Shown: positions 17,699 to 28,626 of the stretch, piece by piece
Layout: each line of letters begins with the position of its first letter
How positions within the stretch are numbered: position 1 is the stretch's first letter
Assembly (NCBI GenBank): GCA_965245755.1
Contig: CBDFAU010000001.1
Coordinates: forward strand, 54,854-118,853
DNA from: Streptococcus mitis
GTDB taxonomy: Bacteria > Bacillota > Bacilli > Lactobacillales > Streptococcaceae
Length of the DNA: 64,000 nucleotides
Direction of reading: 5' to 3'
Program-made: the position numbers and the translations under genes
Notes under the pieces: model-generated
What the model saw: only the letters and a program-made list of their open reading frames with translations
Told to the model about the DNA's origin: nothing
The model's database searches: none

Positions 17699-18185
17699 GC
17701 TTATAGCTAAATGTAGACGATTGGCTAGTAAAAAAGTTGGTGAGGATATCGTCTTATGTGCGGTACACAATGCTGCTAAAAAGGTTGTCCAAGCTGATGC
17801 TAAAAGACTAGCACCAGGCAATAATGGAGAACTTAGAAACAGTATCAAGACTAGGGTTAAAATGGACGGGGATAAGGCTATAGGCGAGGTTTATACAAAT
17901 CTGCACTATGCTCCTTACGTTGAGTTTGGAACGGGACCAAAAGGACAAGCTAGCCATTCCGGTATCTCTCCAGAGGTCAGTGTTGCTTATCGGTCTAGTC
18001 CGTGGTATGTGCATGAAGACCAAATCAATGTAGGACCTTACCATTTTCAAAAAATCGGGGAGTTCTACAAGATGTATGGTCAACCTGCACAGCCTTATCT
18101 TTATCCAGCTTTGAGAGACAATCAAGAGCGTGTGTCTAAGAATATTTCAAATTATGTCCGTAGAAAGATAAGAGAACAAATATAA
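17673..18185 (+). CDS. HK97 gp10-family tail/neck morphogenesis protein
   Basis: GTG start 7 nt after GGAG. 170 aa with a YAPYVEFGTG motif typical of the gp10 family. Confidence 0.65.
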   Translation: MSELRGADRLIAKCRRLASKKVGEDIVLCAVHNAAKKVVQADAKRLAPGNNGELRNSIKTRVKMDGDKAIGEVYTNLHYAPYVEFGTGPKGQASHSGISPEVSVAYRSSPWYVHEDQINVGPYHFQKIGEFYKMYGQPAQPYLYPALRDNQERVSKNISNYVRRKIREQI

Positions 18186-18553
18186 TGATTAATATCAAGC
18201 CTGTTATTTACAAAGAATTGCAAAAGGTCGCAGATAATGTGACTGATACATACCCTAGCGATTGGGAAAATTTCCCAGTCGTTATTTTTTTAGAAGAACA
18301 AAACAAGCCGGGTGAATGGTTTGATGACCAAGAACAAAAATCATCTATCCGCTACAAGGTGGATATTTTTGATGATACCAGCACAAGTGAGTTAGCTGTT
18401 AAAATCAATCAGATTTTTGAGTCTTTAGGTTTGCGAAGAACCGACTGCCAAGACGTGCCAGACCCGTCTCATTTGAGACATAAGGTCATGCGTTTTGAAG
18501 GTGTCGTTGACTTACACTCAGAGCTTGTTTTTCAATTTAGAATGGAGAATTAA
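18185..18553 (+). CDS. Tail completion protein (putative)
   Basis: 122 aa; called on position only. Confidence 0.5.
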   Translation: MINIKPVIYKELQKVADNVTDTYPSDWENFPVVIFLEEQNKPGEWFDDQEQKSSIRYKVDIFDDTSTSELAVKINQIFESLGLRRTDCQDVPDPSHLRHKVMRFEGVVDLHSELVFQFRMEN

Positions 18554-18555
18554 AC

Positions 18556-18969
18556 ATGTTAGCAAATGGAATTACGTTAGCTTATGGTACAGTTAAAGGA
18601 ACTTATACTAAACTTGCTGGGTTGAAAGAAGTACCAGAGTTTGGTATTGAGCCTGAAAAAGTAGAGAACACTACTCTTGAAGATAAAGTTAAGAAGTATG
18701 AGTTCGGTATCGGTGATGCGGGGGAATTGGAATACAAATTCTCTTACAAGAACGATAGCGCAACCGCACCTTATCGTATTTTGCGTAACGCGGCAGACAA
18801 CAAGACAAAACTTTTCTTTGAGCAAACTTACCCAGACAACACTAAAGTTCATTTTGAAGGTCAAGTATCTGTTAAGCTTGGCGGTGGCGGTGTCAATGCC
18901 GTTATCGAGTTCACCCTTAAAATTGCTTTGCAGTCAGAGTTGGAATTTGTAGACGGAATTGGAGGTTAA
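18556..18969 (+). CDS. Major tail protein (putative)
   Basis: 137 aa, directly upstream of the chaperone pair and the tape measure. Confidence 0.55.
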   Translation: MLANGITLAYGTVKGTYTKLAGLKEVPEFGIEPEKVENTTLEDKVKKYEFGIGDAGELEYKFSYKNDSATAPYRILRNAADNKTKLFFEQTYPDNTKVHFEGQVSVKLGGGGVNAVIEFTLKIALQSELEFVDGIGG

Positions 18970-18973
18970 TTAA

Positions 18974-19354
18974 ATGGCGTTAAAATACACAACTTGGAAA
19001 GTTACTGACGAAAAAGAGTTGAAGCTACGTTTGACATCTCATCAAGCTGCAACTGTGGAAGAAAAAATCGGCATGAACTTGCTAAAGATTTTCATGCCTG
19101 AAGCTGGCGAAGAGTTCACTTTACCGCCTTTGAAAGTTATGTTGTTGTTAGTTCACGGAGCGTTGCAGCAGTATGAACATGGGTATTCCTTTGAGGACGT
19201 CTATGATCTATACGATGAATATGTCGATAACGGTGGAGACCAAACAACCTTCATGACAGAGGTTTTAATGCCACTCTTTGAAGTATCGGGTTTTACTCCA
19301 CGAGGAAGCAAGGGCAAGAAAACTTCCAAGAAGAAAAAGACAGTAGTCGAGTAA
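18974..19354 (+). CDS. Tail assembly chaperone (gpG-like)
   Basis: 126 aa, immediately upstream of the tape measure module. Ends in the lysine-rich run KKTSKKKKTVVE. Confidence 0.65.
   Translation: MALKYTTWKVTDEKELKLRLTSHQAATVEEKIGMNLLKIFMPEAGEEFTLPPLKVMLLLVHGALQQYEHGYSFEDVYDLYDEYVDNGGDQTTFMTEVLMPLFEVSGFTPRGSKGKKTSKKKKTVVE
19333..19339 (+). other. Candidate -1 programmed ribosomal frameshift site (G AAA AAG) producing a gpGT-like fusion
   Basis: The -1 frame is open from 19282 through 19743, overlapping the last 73 nt of the gpG-like ORF. An A-rich slippery run sits 13 nt before the zero-frame stop. Confidence 0.5.
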
Positions 19355-19392
19355 TATTAACGGTAACGCAGATTATTGAGAGGCTTTATCCT

Positions 19393-19743
19393 ATGTTTTT
19401 AGACATCGGGGGTAAGCCTCTTGATTTTTGGGATTTGACAGTGCTTGAAATCAGGGAAATGATTGAAAGTTACAACCGTGTCAAAATCCAAGAGCGTAAA
19501 GAAAAGATTATTGACTCTTACAGACTTTCGCAGATGATTTCCAATCATGTTTCTTTGTTATTGTCCAAAGATGCCAAGGTTTTTGAATTCTGGGAATATG
19601 CGCCTGAATTGTTTGTAGAAGAACAACAAGCGGTAGAACAGGAACGACAGAGACAAGCGCTTTTGTTGCATAAGGAACGGATGCGTGATTTTGCAGAGAG
19701 ACACAATCGCAAAAGAAAGGAGGAAATGAATGGCAACTCTTGA
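19393..19743 (+). CDS. gpT-like segment of the tail assembly chaperone (probably made as a frameshift fusion with 18974-19354)
   Basis: The frame is -1 relative to the upstream ORF and is open upstream to 19282. Its own ATG at 19393 has a weak RBS. Confidence 0.55.
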   Translation: MFLDIGGKPLDFWDLTVLEIREMIESYNRVKIQERKEKIIDSYRLSQMISNHVSLLLSKDAKVFEFWEYAPELFVEEQQAVEQERQRQALLLHKERMRDFAERHNRKRKEEMNGNS

Positions 19744-22700
19744 CGAATTAAAAGTCATGATTGACGCTGAGATAGCGCCTTTCAAGAAGAAAATGAAAGA
19801 AGTCGAGAATCAGGTCAAAGGAACATCTGATCAAGTAAGAAACGCTACTGCTAAAGTAAGAGACCAATCAAGCTTAATCGGTAACGCTTTTGGGAAGCTA
19901 GCCAAGTTTGCAGGTTTTGCAATCATTGGTAAGAAGTTACTTGACGTTGGAATGTATTCAACGCAGACAGCTCTTGAAGTATCAGCGTCTATGAACCAAA
20001 TCAAGCGACAGATGGGCGAGAGTTCGCAATCTTTCTTAAAATGGGTTAACGATAACGCTAACGCTATGAATATGGGAGTGGGTGAGGCGACCAACTACGG
20101 TGCAGTTTACTCAAACCTATTTTCTGGATTTATAAAAGATACCAACAAGCTAAGCGCCTATACTGCCAAGATGTTGCAAACATCGGCAGTTGTTGCCGAG
20201 GGTTCAGGGCGTAGCATTACAGACGTTATGGAGCGGATTCGCTCTGGTTTACTAGGTAACACCGAAGCAATAGAAGATCTAGGGATCAACGTTAATGTGG
20301 CCATGATTGAATCAACTGAAGCTTTTAAACGTTTTGCGAATGGGCAAAGTTGGCAACAGTTGGACTATCAAACCCAGCAACAAATCCGCCTTATGGCAAT
20401 TTTAGAGCAGGCTACAGCCAAGTATGGCGACACCTTATCTAATTCAGTAAATGGGCGTATCAGCCTATTCAAATCACTGATGAAAGATAGTGCATTGAAC
20501 CTAGGTAATGCTATGTTACCGATTATCAATGCCATTATGCCTGTTTTGAACTCTTTTGCTATGGTATTGAAGAATGTTACGGCTAAACTTGCAGAGTTTA
20601 TCGCCTTAATGTTTAACAAAAAGGCTACGGTAAAAGACGGAGCCGCAGGAGCAATCAGCAATGTCGGAAACGCCATGCAAGACGCGGCAGGCGGTGCAGA
20701 TGATTTAGGAGACGCAATCGGTGACGCAGGAGACTCAGCAGGGGGACTTGCTGATAACCTAGGAGACTCAGCCAAAAACGCTAAGAAGGCCGCTAAAGAG
20801 TTGCTAGGTCTTATGGGATTTGATGAGATTAACATCTTACAAAAACCAAAAGACGACGATGCAGGCGGTTCTGGCGGTGGAGGCGGTGGCGGAGGCAAAG
20901 GTGGTAAAGGAAAGGGAGGCGGTGGCAGACCTTTCAAAGACATCTTGCCAGAAGTCGAGTTGACCGACATGGGAAACCAATTCAAGAGCATTTTCGATGG
21001 TCTCGGGGATAAGCTGAAAGGGTTGTTTGACCTCTTTAAAAAAGGTTTTGATGCAGCGTTTAGACCAGAAGGTATTGAACGTATCAAAGCTGCTTTAGAA
21101 CGAATCAAGAAAACTCTTGAAGAAATCGCCACTGACCCAAGGGTTGTGAATGCCTTTAACCGAATGGCTGAGAAAATCGCTTATGCTTTAGGGCAAGTGA
21201 CAGGCTCAATAGCTACTATCGGCGTTGGTATCGGTGTTTTCCTTGCCGAAAGTATCGCAAATGGTCTTGGAAGGCAAAAGGAACGCATTATCAGGGCGCT
21301 AGTTGCTTTGTTTGATAATGTTGGTAATATTTCAGAGGCAGTAGGAAACATTGCTCAGGCCTTTTCTAGTGCTTTCTACGACGTCATTACCTCAACCGGT
21401 GCGGTTCGTATCGGTAGCGCTATTGTGTCGACTTTATTAAGCTTGGCATCTACCATTGTTGAAGTTGGTAGTGAATTAGCAGGAAGTCTGTTTAAAGGTT
21501 TTGAAAAAGTCGTTGTGACAAGCGCTCCTAAAATTTCTTCAATGCTCCAAAGCCTTTTAGACATTGTAGCTCCAATATTTGAAACAATCGAAAGCGTTGT
21601 TGATAAGTTTGGCGATGGATTAAGTAGTGTCTACGATGAACACGTAGCCCCTGCTATTGACTCTATTGCCAATGCTTTTAACGGACTAATTGATATCATC
21701 CAAATCCTTTGGGAAGGAAGTTGGAAACCTTTTGCTGAGTTCTTGTCTAATACATTTGGTTTAAGTATTGAAGGCGTCGCTGATTTGCTAGGCGGAGCGA
21801 TTTTATCAGCGCTAAAAATACTGGCTGATACAATTAAACTTGTAGCTGATGGTTTTACTGCTTTTTCTGACTGGTGCAAAGAAAATAAAGAGATTGTCTC
21901 CACAATCGCTAGTGTGATTGGCACACTTGCAACCGTATGGCAAGGAATTAAGTTCTTGTCATGGGCTGAACAAGCTGGAGGACTTGCAGGAGCATTCGAT
22001 TTATTAAGTGGCAAAGTTTCCTTTATTGTTAGCGGAATTAAAAATCTTGGACTAGCTTTGAAAGCTTTGACATTCGATAAATTGGTTAGCTTCGGAGAAA
22101 CTATCTATTTGAATGCGTTATATGCGAAAGACTTTGTAGTCAATTCTGGGAAATTGATTGTAGAGTTAGGAAAAACCGCTCTAGAACTTGGTAAATCTGC
22201 ACTGGCGTGGGGTGTCCATGCAGCACAAATGGGACTTGCAGCAGCAGCGGAAATCGCTCAATCAGTTGCAGCAGGAGTTGCAGCTGCTGCAACATGGGCA
22301 CTCAATGGAGCTATTGCAGTCTTGACCAGTCCGATAACTCTGGTTATCGCAGCAATCGCAGCCTTAATTGCTATCGGTGTCTTGCTCTACCAAAATTGGG
22401 ATACTGTTGTTGAGTTTGCTAAAACAGCGTGGCAAGGGCTATGTGATTTTATTAGTGGTATTTGTCAAGCAATCGGTGATTTTTTCAGTGGTCTATGGAC
22501 GGAACTCCAAGAAATCTTTGAGCCAATAGGTCAATGGCTTAGCGAGAAGTTCCAAGAAGGTTGGGACGGTATCGTTAATATCTTCAGTAATTTAGGTTCA
22601 TGGTTCGGTGATAGATGGGCAGATGTGACTAATGCGTTAGCAGAAGTAGGCTCTTGGTTAGGTAATAAATTCCAACAAGGTTGGGACGCAATAAGCAATA

Positions 22701-23356
22701 CATTTAGCAAATTAGGTTCATGGTTCGGTGACCGTTGGAATGATTCTAAAAACGCACTTGCTGAAGCAAACACTTGGCTTGGAGAGAAATTCCAATCCGG
22801 TAGAGACAAAGTAAACTCAACTTTTGAAAAAATCGGCTCTTGGTTTGGTGATAGATGGAACGACATACAAAGCGCCTTGAAAGAAATCCCGAACTGGTTT
22901 AAGAATCTGTTTAATGATGCAATGGAAAATGCTAAAAGCATCGTTAAAAGCGGCATCGATAAACTGAGAAGTTTCTTTAATTTTGATTGGAGTTTACCGA
23001 GAATCAAACTTCCTCACTTCAATATATCTGGTAGTTTTAGTTTGAATCCTCCTAGAATTCCATCATTCTCTGTAGATTGGTATGCACGAGGTGGTGTTTT
23101 CAACTCACCTAGCATTATCGGGGTCGGAGAAGCTGGTCAAGAAGCAGTAATGCCTCTTGAACGGAATACAGGTTGGATTTCTGTCTTAGCTCAAAAATTG
23201 GCCGAAAGAATGCCGGTTGACAATGCCCCTACGGGCTATTCATTGCCAGCTGGCGATATCGTTATTCAAATTGGTGGACACGAATTTGGTCGTGTGGCCA
23301 TCCAAGAAATCAATCGAGAACAAGAACGTGCAGGACAAGTCTTGCTTAACATCTAA
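19730..23356 (+). CDS. Tape measure protein
   Basis: 1208 aa with long helical/hydrophobic segments, a poly-Gly tract and C-terminal tandem repeats. Canonical position. Confidence 0.9.
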   Translation: MATLDELKVMIDAEIAPFKKKMKEVENQVKGTSDQVRNATAKVRDQSSLIGNAFGKLAKFAGFAIIGKKLLDVGMYSTQTALEVSASMNQIKRQMGESSQSFLKWVNDNANAMNMGVGEATNYGAVYSNLFSGFIKDTNKLSAYTAKMLQTSAVVAEGSGRSITDVMERIRSGLLGNTEAIEDLGINVNVAMIESTEAFKRFANGQSWQQLDYQTQQQIRLMAILEQATAKYGDTLSNSVNGRISLFKSLMKDSALNLGNAMLPIINAIMPVLNSFAMVLKNVTAKLAEFIALMFNKKATVKDGAAGAISNVGNAMQDAAGGADDLGDAIGDAGDSAGGLADNLGDSAKNAKKAAKELLGLMGFDEINILQKPKDDDAGGSGGGGGGGGKGGKGKGGGGRPFKDILPEVELTDMGNQFKSIFDGLGDKLKGLFDLFKKGFDAAFRPEGIERIKAALERIKKTLEEIATDPRVVNAFNRMAEKIAYALGQVTGSIATIGVGIGVFLAESIANGLGRQKERIIRALVALFDNVGNISEAVGNIAQAFSSAFYDVITSTGAVRIGSAIVSTLLSLASTIVEVGSELAGSLFKGFEKVVVTSAPKISSMLQSLLDIVAPIFETIESVVDKFGDGLSSVYDEHVAPAIDSIANAFNGLIDIIQILWEGSWKPFAEFLSNTFGLSIEGVADLLGGAILSALKILADTIKLVADGFTAFSDWCKENKEIVSTIASVIGTLATVWQGIKFLSWAEQAGGLAGAFDLLSGKVSFIVSGIKNLGLALKALTFDKLVSFGETIYLNALYAKDFVVNSGKLIVELGKTALELGKSALAWGVHAAQMGLAAAAEIAQSVAAGVAAAATWALNGAIAVLTSPITLVIAAIAALIAIGVLLYQNWDTVVEFAKTAWQGLCDFISGICQAIGDFFSGLWTELQEIFEPIGQWLSEKFQEGWDGIVNIFSNLGSWFGDRWADVTNALAEVGSWLGNKFQQGWDAISNTFSKLGSWFGDRWNDSKNALAEANTWLGEKFQSGRDKVNSTFEKIGSWFGDRWNDIQSALKEIPNWFKNLFNDAMENAKSIVKSGIDKLRSFFNFDWSLPRIKLPHFNISGSFSLNPPRIPSFSVDWYARGGVFNSPSIIGVGEAGQEAVMPLERNTGWISVLAQKLAERMPVDNAPTGYSLPAGDIVIQIGGHEFGRVAIQEINREQERAGQVLLNI
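22538..22897 (+). repeat. Three tandem 120-nt (40-aa) repeats inside the tape measure gene
   Basis: Units start at 22538, 22658 and 22778, each with the pattern L-x-x-KFQ-x-G-x-D…GSWFGDRW-x-D…AL-x-E…W. Confidence 0.8.
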
Positions 23357-23367
23357 AGGGAGGTAAA

Positions 23368-23718
23368 ATGGCACGCTTAATTATCAATGGGGTGGCTGTT
23401 AAGCCTCCCAAATCTTTTCAAGTCGGTATCCAAGATATTGACGGAGAAACAGGTCGTAACGCTAACGGAGACATGATGCGTGACCGTATCACGACTAAAC
23501 GCAAGCTAGACTGTGAATGGGGCATGCTGACTCAAGATGAAATGAGTCAGCTTTTAAACGCTGTTTCATCGGTCTTTTTTGAAGTTTCATATCCTGATCC
23601 AGTAAGAGGTCAGACAATAGGGACTTTCTATGTTGGAGATAGGACGGCTCCGAGTTATTCATTTACTGAGAAATTCAAGCCGTGGTCGGGCGCTAAGTTT
23701 AATCTGGTAGAAAGGTAG
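23368..23718 (+). CDS. Small tail protein (distal tail position)
   Basis: 116 aa, RBS AGGGAGG, directly after the tape measure. Confidence 0.5.
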   Translation: MARLIINGVAVKPPKSFQVGIQDIDGETGRNANGDMMRDRITTKRKLDCEWGMLTQDEMSQLLNAVSSVFFEVSYPDPVRGQTIGTFYVGDRTAPSYSFTEKFKPWSGAKFNLVER

Positions 23719-23724
23719 GTAAAC

Positions 23725-26712
23725 ATGGATATATTCAGACGAAAGAAATTTGATGAAGCTATGTTCGCTAAAAACCGTACTCTTGCTATCAGAGTCGGCG
23801 CTTACCAGTCCAGTGACATCAAAGAAGCTAGCTTTGATTATGGCTATATCAAGGGTGATACATACAAGCCGGGCGGAACATGTTCAGGCAGCGGTAAAAT
23901 CACGTTCACAAGTATTATTACTTCGTTCAATAAGTTAGATAAGATTTATCCAGAAATCGGTCTTTTGGTCGATGGTACTTACGAATGGGTCAAAATGGGT
24001 GAGTATTTTATCAATGATATTGAGATTGACCGAAATCGTAAAACGACCAAGCTTGATCTTATGGACGGGATGTTCAAGCTTAACCGTGAACATGTAACGG
24101 ACTTGACTTATCCAGCTGAAATCAGGCACGTAATTAAAGAGATTTGCCTAAAAACAGGTATCACATTAGCAAATGAATACATGGATATTACATCCATGAA
24201 TTACAGAATCGAGCAGATTCCTAAAAATAAAAAAATGACATTCAGAGATGTTTTGAGTCTAGCTACTCAGATGCTCGGGATGTCTTGTTTTTTTAATCGA
24301 GAGGGTAAACTCGAAATCAAGGAACTGACTGACTCAGGTATCACAATTACAGCAGATAGCTACTTCATGCACGGTTTGACCAAAAGTGAAGTCGAGTATC
24401 AGATTGCAGGGATAACCTGCAAGAAAGATAAAGAGGCACTCACGGTCGGAATGCGCACTGGTCGCTCGTTGGAATTGGATAATTTATTCATGACTCAATC
24501 GATTTTGGATAATCTTTATCACAAAATCAAGGATATTCGCTATTATCCGTTTAATTTGAATTACCAGGGACATCTCTTGCTTAACGTGGGTGAATGGGTG
24601 ACTATCAAGACGAATACTGGTGAGACGTTCAAATCGCCAATATTGAGTCAATCATTCACATTCAAAGGTGGTCTTCGTGGTCGTATCAGTGCAGACAGTA
24701 AAGCTGGTAATGATGCGCAGTATTCATATGCAGGAACCATCACGAAGAAGATTGTACAATTCGACGAATTTGAAAAACAAATCCAAAATCAAATTGAAGA
24801 AGCAGATAAAGGTTTTGACCAAAAGATCTCAAAAATCAAAAAAGATTTGAATGATCAATTTGAACTTGCCAAGGCTAAGGCTGAAGAAGTCAAACGTCAA
24901 ATCTCAAGCGAAATCGACAAGAAGTTTCAGTCGTTCGACAATGCAGCAATCAATGAAGCAAAGCGCAGGGCTGAAGAGGCCCTACGAAGTGCTGGTGCAA
25001 GTAATTCGCTCGCTCAGGAAGCGAAACGAATTAGTGAGCGAGCAAGAGCAGACATTACTAACCTACAAGCATCATCTCAAAATGCTCTTAGCCAGATTGA
25101 AAGTTTTAAAAATCAGTATGGTACGAAGTTGAATGAAGTTAAAAGTACTGCAGACGGTATTTTGACCAAGCTTGGTACGATTGAAACGTATGTCAATAAA
25201 GACGGTCAGCGACAAGAGAGTTTGCAGCGTTATGCTCGAGAAGAGAGTGCACGACAAGCGACAGCAGTCCGTGAGCAGATATCCAGAGATTATGTTGGTA
25301 AATCAGCTTATCAGGAGGATGTGAGAGGTCTTGAACGTCGATTTAGTGCAATAAGCACGCAGACGAACAATGATATTGCTTCGAAGATTGCTCAATATAA
25401 GCAGACAGTTGATGGCCGGTTCGCAAGTATCACATCTCAGATTGCTGGGAAGGTCAATCAGACAGATTTCCAACGTGTCAGAGAGACTAGTCAGCTCTAT
25501 GAGAGAATCATTGGTAGCAACGAGAACGACATCTCGAATAAGGTCGCTCGCATGGCACTGACTAATCAATTGTTTCAGGTTGAGGTGTCTAAGAATGAAG
25601 GTATGAAAACCATTCAAAGACAGTTAGCTGGCTCGTGGGCTGTTCGGAACATCAACAGCGCAGGTGATTTGATTTCTGGCTTAAACCTGGGCGCTAATGG
25701 TCATAACCGTCTTTCTGGGAAATTGACTCATATCACTGGCGAGACCTTAATTGAGAGAGCCGTTATAAAGTCAGCTATGGTTGATAAGCTGAAGACAGCT
25801 AATTTTGAAGCTGGTTCAGTGACTACAGTTGTTTTGGACGCTGAAGCCGTGACTGCTGATAAAGTGAGAATGGACCAAGCATTTGCTAACAAGCTAGTAG
25901 CAAGCAATATCTTCACAGATACGCTTGTTGCTAAAGAGGCTTTCATCAACAAACTTCGGTCTGTTGTAGTGTCTGCTACCTTGCTTGAGGGGTACAAGGG
26001 TAAAATCGGAGGATTCCAAATTGGCACACATGATAACGACCCAAGTTCATTCTGGTTGACAGGTCTGAATCAATTTAAAGTTGGCATGAGTAACGGTCAA
26101 GGTCGACAGTTCCAGACAGCGTTTTGGGCAAATTGGGGGAACGACTGGGGGAAACCGGGACCTCTGTCTTGGTATGTAACGCTAGAAGGTAAAATGTTCT
26201 GCAGAAACGATGTGGCATTTCATAGAGTGGTTGACTTCTCAAATACAAGCATAATCAATTTTTATGGCTCAAATAATTTTCACAAAAATATTGAAATGAA
26301 AGGTGGAACCGAAATTTATGGAACCGGTCGAAGTCCTCGCGAGAATGGCAAGAATGCAGTCGTTTGGTGGAATCAGGTTGGAGATGGAACGGTTAAGTAC
26401 TGGATTGATAAGGTTTCAGACAGACGTTTAAAACGAGATATCATTGATACCGATGTTAATGCGATTAATAAAATCAATCAATTGAAAATGGTTGCATTTG
26501 ATTTCATCAAGACTGGCAAACATGAGGAAATCGGTTTGATTGCACAAGAGGTCGAAGCAATCCTCCCATCAGCAATTTCACAAAATCCCGAGAACCCAGA
26601 TGGCTATCTGCATATCGACTATACCGCATTTGTACCTTACTTAATTAAGGCAATTCAAGAACTGAATCAAAAATTGGAGGAAATAGCATGGATGAAGCAA
26701 TCAATCAGCTAG
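23725..26712 (+). CDS. Tail-associated/tail fibre protein with a C-terminal intramolecular chaperone (peptidase S74) domain
   Basis: 995 aa. The last ~98 aa (from SDRRLKRDI…IGLIAQEVEAILP…HIDYTAFVPYLIKAIQEL) match the S74 auto-cleaving chaperone pattern. Central coiled-coil region. Confidence 0.8.
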   Translation: MDIFRRKKFDEAMFAKNRTLAIRVGAYQSSDIKEASFDYGYIKGDTYKPGGTCSGSGKITFTSIITSFNKLDKIYPEIGLLVDGTYEWVKMGEYFINDIEIDRNRKTTKLDLMDGMFKLNREHVTDLTYPAEIRHVIKEICLKTGITLANEYMDITSMNYRIEQIPKNKKMTFRDVLSLATQMLGMSCFFNREGKLEIKELTDSGITITADSYFMHGLTKSEVEYQIAGITCKKDKEALTVGMRTGRSLELDNLFMTQSILDNLYHKIKDIRYYPFNLNYQGHLLLNVGEWVTIKTNTGETFKSPILSQSFTFKGGLRGRISADSKAGNDAQYSYAGTITKKIVQFDEFEKQIQNQIEEADKGFDQKISKIKKDLNDQFELAKAKAEEVKRQISSEIDKKFQSFDNAAINEAKRRAEEALRSAGASNSLAQEAKRISERARADITNLQASSQNALSQIESFKNQYGTKLNEVKSTADGILTKLGTIETYVNKDGQRQESLQRYAREESARQATAVREQISRDYVGKSAYQEDVRGLERRFSAISTQTNNDIASKIAQYKQTVDGRFASITSQIAGKVNQTDFQRVRETSQLYERIIGSNENDISNKVARMALTNQLFQVEVSKNEGMKTIQRQLAGSWAVRNINSAGDLISGLNLGANGHNRLSGKLTHITGETLIERAVIKSAMVDKLKTANFEAGSVTTVVLDAEAVTADKVRMDQAFANKLVASNIFTDTLVAKEAFINKLRSVVVSATLLEGYKGKIGGFQIGTHDNDPSSFWLTGLNQFKVGMSNGQGRQFQTAFWANWGNDWGKPGPLSWYVTLEGKMFCRNDVAFHRVVDFSNTSIINFYGSNNFHKNIEMKGGTEIYGTGRSPRENGKNAVVWWNQVGDGTVKYWIDKVSDRRLKRDIIDTDVNAINKINQLKMVAFDFIKTGKHEEIGLIAQEVEAILPSAISQNPENPDGYLHIDYTAFVPYLIKAIQELNQKLEEIAWMKQSIS

Positions 26713-26888
26713 TGTCACAATCGCTAGCAACTAAATTGGCCAAAAGTGAATTGGAATCGGCTCAAAACGAGGCGTTTTATCAACTCGCGGTAAGCGAATT
26801 AAAAGCAATGAACGAGGTGCTGGAATACGACCCAGCACTCAAAGAACTTTTCGAAGAAACAAAAGCAAAAATGCAAAAAGGAGAATAG
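26688..26888 (+). CDS. Hypothetical small phage protein
   Basis: 66-aa helical ORF overlapping the fibre gene end. Confidence 0.4.
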   Translation: MDEAINQLVSQSLATKLAKSELESAQNEAFYQLAVSELKAMNEVLEYDPALKELFEETKAKMQKGE

Positions 26889-26891
26889 AAC

Positions 26892-27518
26892 ATGATACAA
26901 ACTTATGAATTAGCAAACAACCCTTACTATCGTCAACCTGAGAATGTCACAATCGTGACAATCAAAAAAGAACATGGCCAACGCTACAGCTATGAGCAAG
27001 CTGGCTTGTCCGGCGACCGTACACACGAGAGTCAGGAAGTGCTTATCCAGGCAGTTCTTGATGTGATTAAGGCTGAACTTGACCCAGCAAGCGCTATCGT
27101 TCAGACGCAAGCAAAATTGGAAGAAGCGACTCATGAACTTGCTGAAACTAAAGCTAAACAAACTGCTACTGATGAAGCAGTTAAACATAACCAAGAAGAG
27201 ACAGACCGTTATGGGAAGATTATCCATGCGGTCGTTTTAAATGCCGTAGCAGGTAAGACAATTGCTTATGGAACCAACTACAAGGAATTGGTTGAGTTGA
27301 TTCCGCTTGCTGAAGTTGGTAAGCATTATATGGCACATGACTTGATTACTATCGAAGATCCAGCGCACGTTGAAGTAAACGGTGAAGGCAAACGTGTTTT
27401 GGTTCAGCTTAACCGTGAATTTACTTACAACGGAGAACCAGTCAGCGATTTCGCTCGCAATGGTCGTCTTGAACTTGACGGAACAGGCGCAGCATGGAAG
27501 TTTGAACCTAAAGAATAG
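26892..27518 (+). CDS. Hypothetical phage protein
   Basis: 208-aa ORF, tightly packed. Confidence 0.5.
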   Translation: MIQTYELANNPYYRQPENVTIVTIKKEHGQRYSYEQAGLSGDRTHESQEVLIQAVLDVIKAELDPASAIVQTQAKLEEATHELAETKAKQTATDEAVKHNQEETDRYGKIIHAVVLNAVAGKTIAYGTNYKELVELIPLAEVGKHYMAHDLITIEDPAHVEVNGEGKRVLVQLNREFTYNGEPVSDFARNGRLELDGTGAAWKFEPKE

Positions 27519-27520
27519 AG

Positions 27521-27805
27521 GTGACTATGCCAGAATATGAACGTTTAATTTTGCAAATCTTCATATCTCTTATCCCTGTGATAGGTCTTTATTTTTCGAT
27601 GAAAGACAGAGCGACAAAGCAAGAGAATCGCATCACAATTATGGAAAAGGACATCGAGAACTTGCACGAATTTAAAACATCGGCCAATAAACGTCTGGAT
27701 AACCACGACGAACAGAACAAGGCGATCTTGGTTCTGGCTGAGCAGGTTAAATCATTAGGTGAAGATGTTAGAGAGTTGAAAGCATTAATACAGAATAAAA
27801 ATTAA
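27521..27805 (+). CDS. Membrane-anchored coiled-coil protein (possibly lysis-associated)
   Basis: N-terminal TM segment LILQIFISLIPVIGLYF followed by a charged coiled coil. The topology is reversed relative to XhlA, so the family is uncertain. Confidence 0.45.
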   Translation: MTMPEYERLILQIFISLIPVIGLYFSMKDRATKQENRITIMEKDIENLHEFKTSANKRLDNHDEQNKAILVLAEQVKSLGEDVRELKALIQNKN

Positions 27806-27819
27806 GAAAGGAGCAAAGA

Positions 27820-28299
27820 ATGGCTTATGTTCTTAATTCAACCAATCTCGAACAACTGGACGGTGGATTTTTAGTTAAGCAAGGCGATGTGGCTTCCACA
27901 TTTGCCTTTTCTTTACTGGATGAAAATCATGAGCCGATTCCACAGCTTGAAGGACAAGAGGCATCTATTACGTTGACGAGAGGCAAGGAGCAATTGCGCA
28001 AGATGGCAGTCGTGACAAATGGTGCGGTTGCTTTTAATTTGGGCATGATTTTACCTGCTGGCCTATATCAAATCGAGGTAGTTGTGGCAGGGTATGTATT
28101 CCCAAGCGACGACTCGACTCAAATTAGAGTCACAAAATCGGATAAGAATCTGGTTACAGAGGAAATCCATGCTCTCAAAGAGTTGAATATTGCTGAAGAA
28201 GTTAAAAAGCAGCTTGCAGGGAGAACTGTAGGTAGCGATGGCACAGTGAGTCAGGAATTCCCTGACTTGATTAAGTACTACAATATTGGAAAGGTATAG
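27820..28299 (+). CDS. BppU-N-like (Ig-like) fibre/baseplate protein
   Basis: 159 aa. The N-terminal pattern resembles the BppU_N domain found at the start of streptococcal phage fibres. Confidence 0.45.
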   Translation: MAYVLNSTNLEQLDGGFLVKQGDVASTFAFSLLDENHEPIPQLEGQEASITLTRGKEQLRKMAVVTNGAVAFNLGMILPAGLYQIEVVVAGYVFPSDDSTQIRVTKSDKNLVTEEIHALKELNIAEEVKKQLAGRTVGSDGTVSQEFPDLIKYYNIGKV

Positions 28300-28305
28300 A
28301 AAATT

Positions 28306-28626
28306 ATGGATACAAGTAAACTGATTGCATTCGCTTCCGCATTGGGAGCGGATAACAAGACAATAATGCAGTTAATAGCTACGAAGGTTGACGCAGCTAC
28401 ATTAACTCAAGCCATTGAGCAAGCCAAAATAGCAGTCAAGGCGGAAATTTTAGGTGAAGGTGTTCCGGAAACTCTCGACACCTTGAAGGAAATTGCTACC
28501 GCGATCTCAGGTATGAGCGGAGATACTGAAGGCGCAGTCGTTCAAAAATTGGCTGACCTCGGACGTCGTATTGACGAATTTGCCAATGTTGATCTAGTGG
28601 CAACATATAACGCTGCGAAAGCGTGA
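28306..28626 (+). CDS. Tail fibre shaft segment
   Basis: Contains the PETLDTLKEIATAI motif common in phage fibre proteins. Confidence 0.45.
   Translation: MDTSKLIAFASALGADNKTIMQLIATKVDAATLTQAIEQAKIAVKAEILGEGVPETLDTLKEIATAISGMSGDTEGAVVQKLADLGRRIDEFANVDLVATYNAAKA

Noticed and set aside
20368-21132. 254-aa Pro/Ser-rich ORF on the - strand
   Set aside because: It lies entirely antisense to the well-supported tape measure gene. It is the complement of that gene's Gly/Ala-rich region, and it has no RBS or independent context.
27521-27805. Calling this ORF an XhlA-family haemolysin/holin partner
   Set aside because: XhlA has an N-terminal coiled coil and a C-terminal TM segment. This protein has the reverse topology, so only a generic membrane-anchored coiled-coil call is justified.
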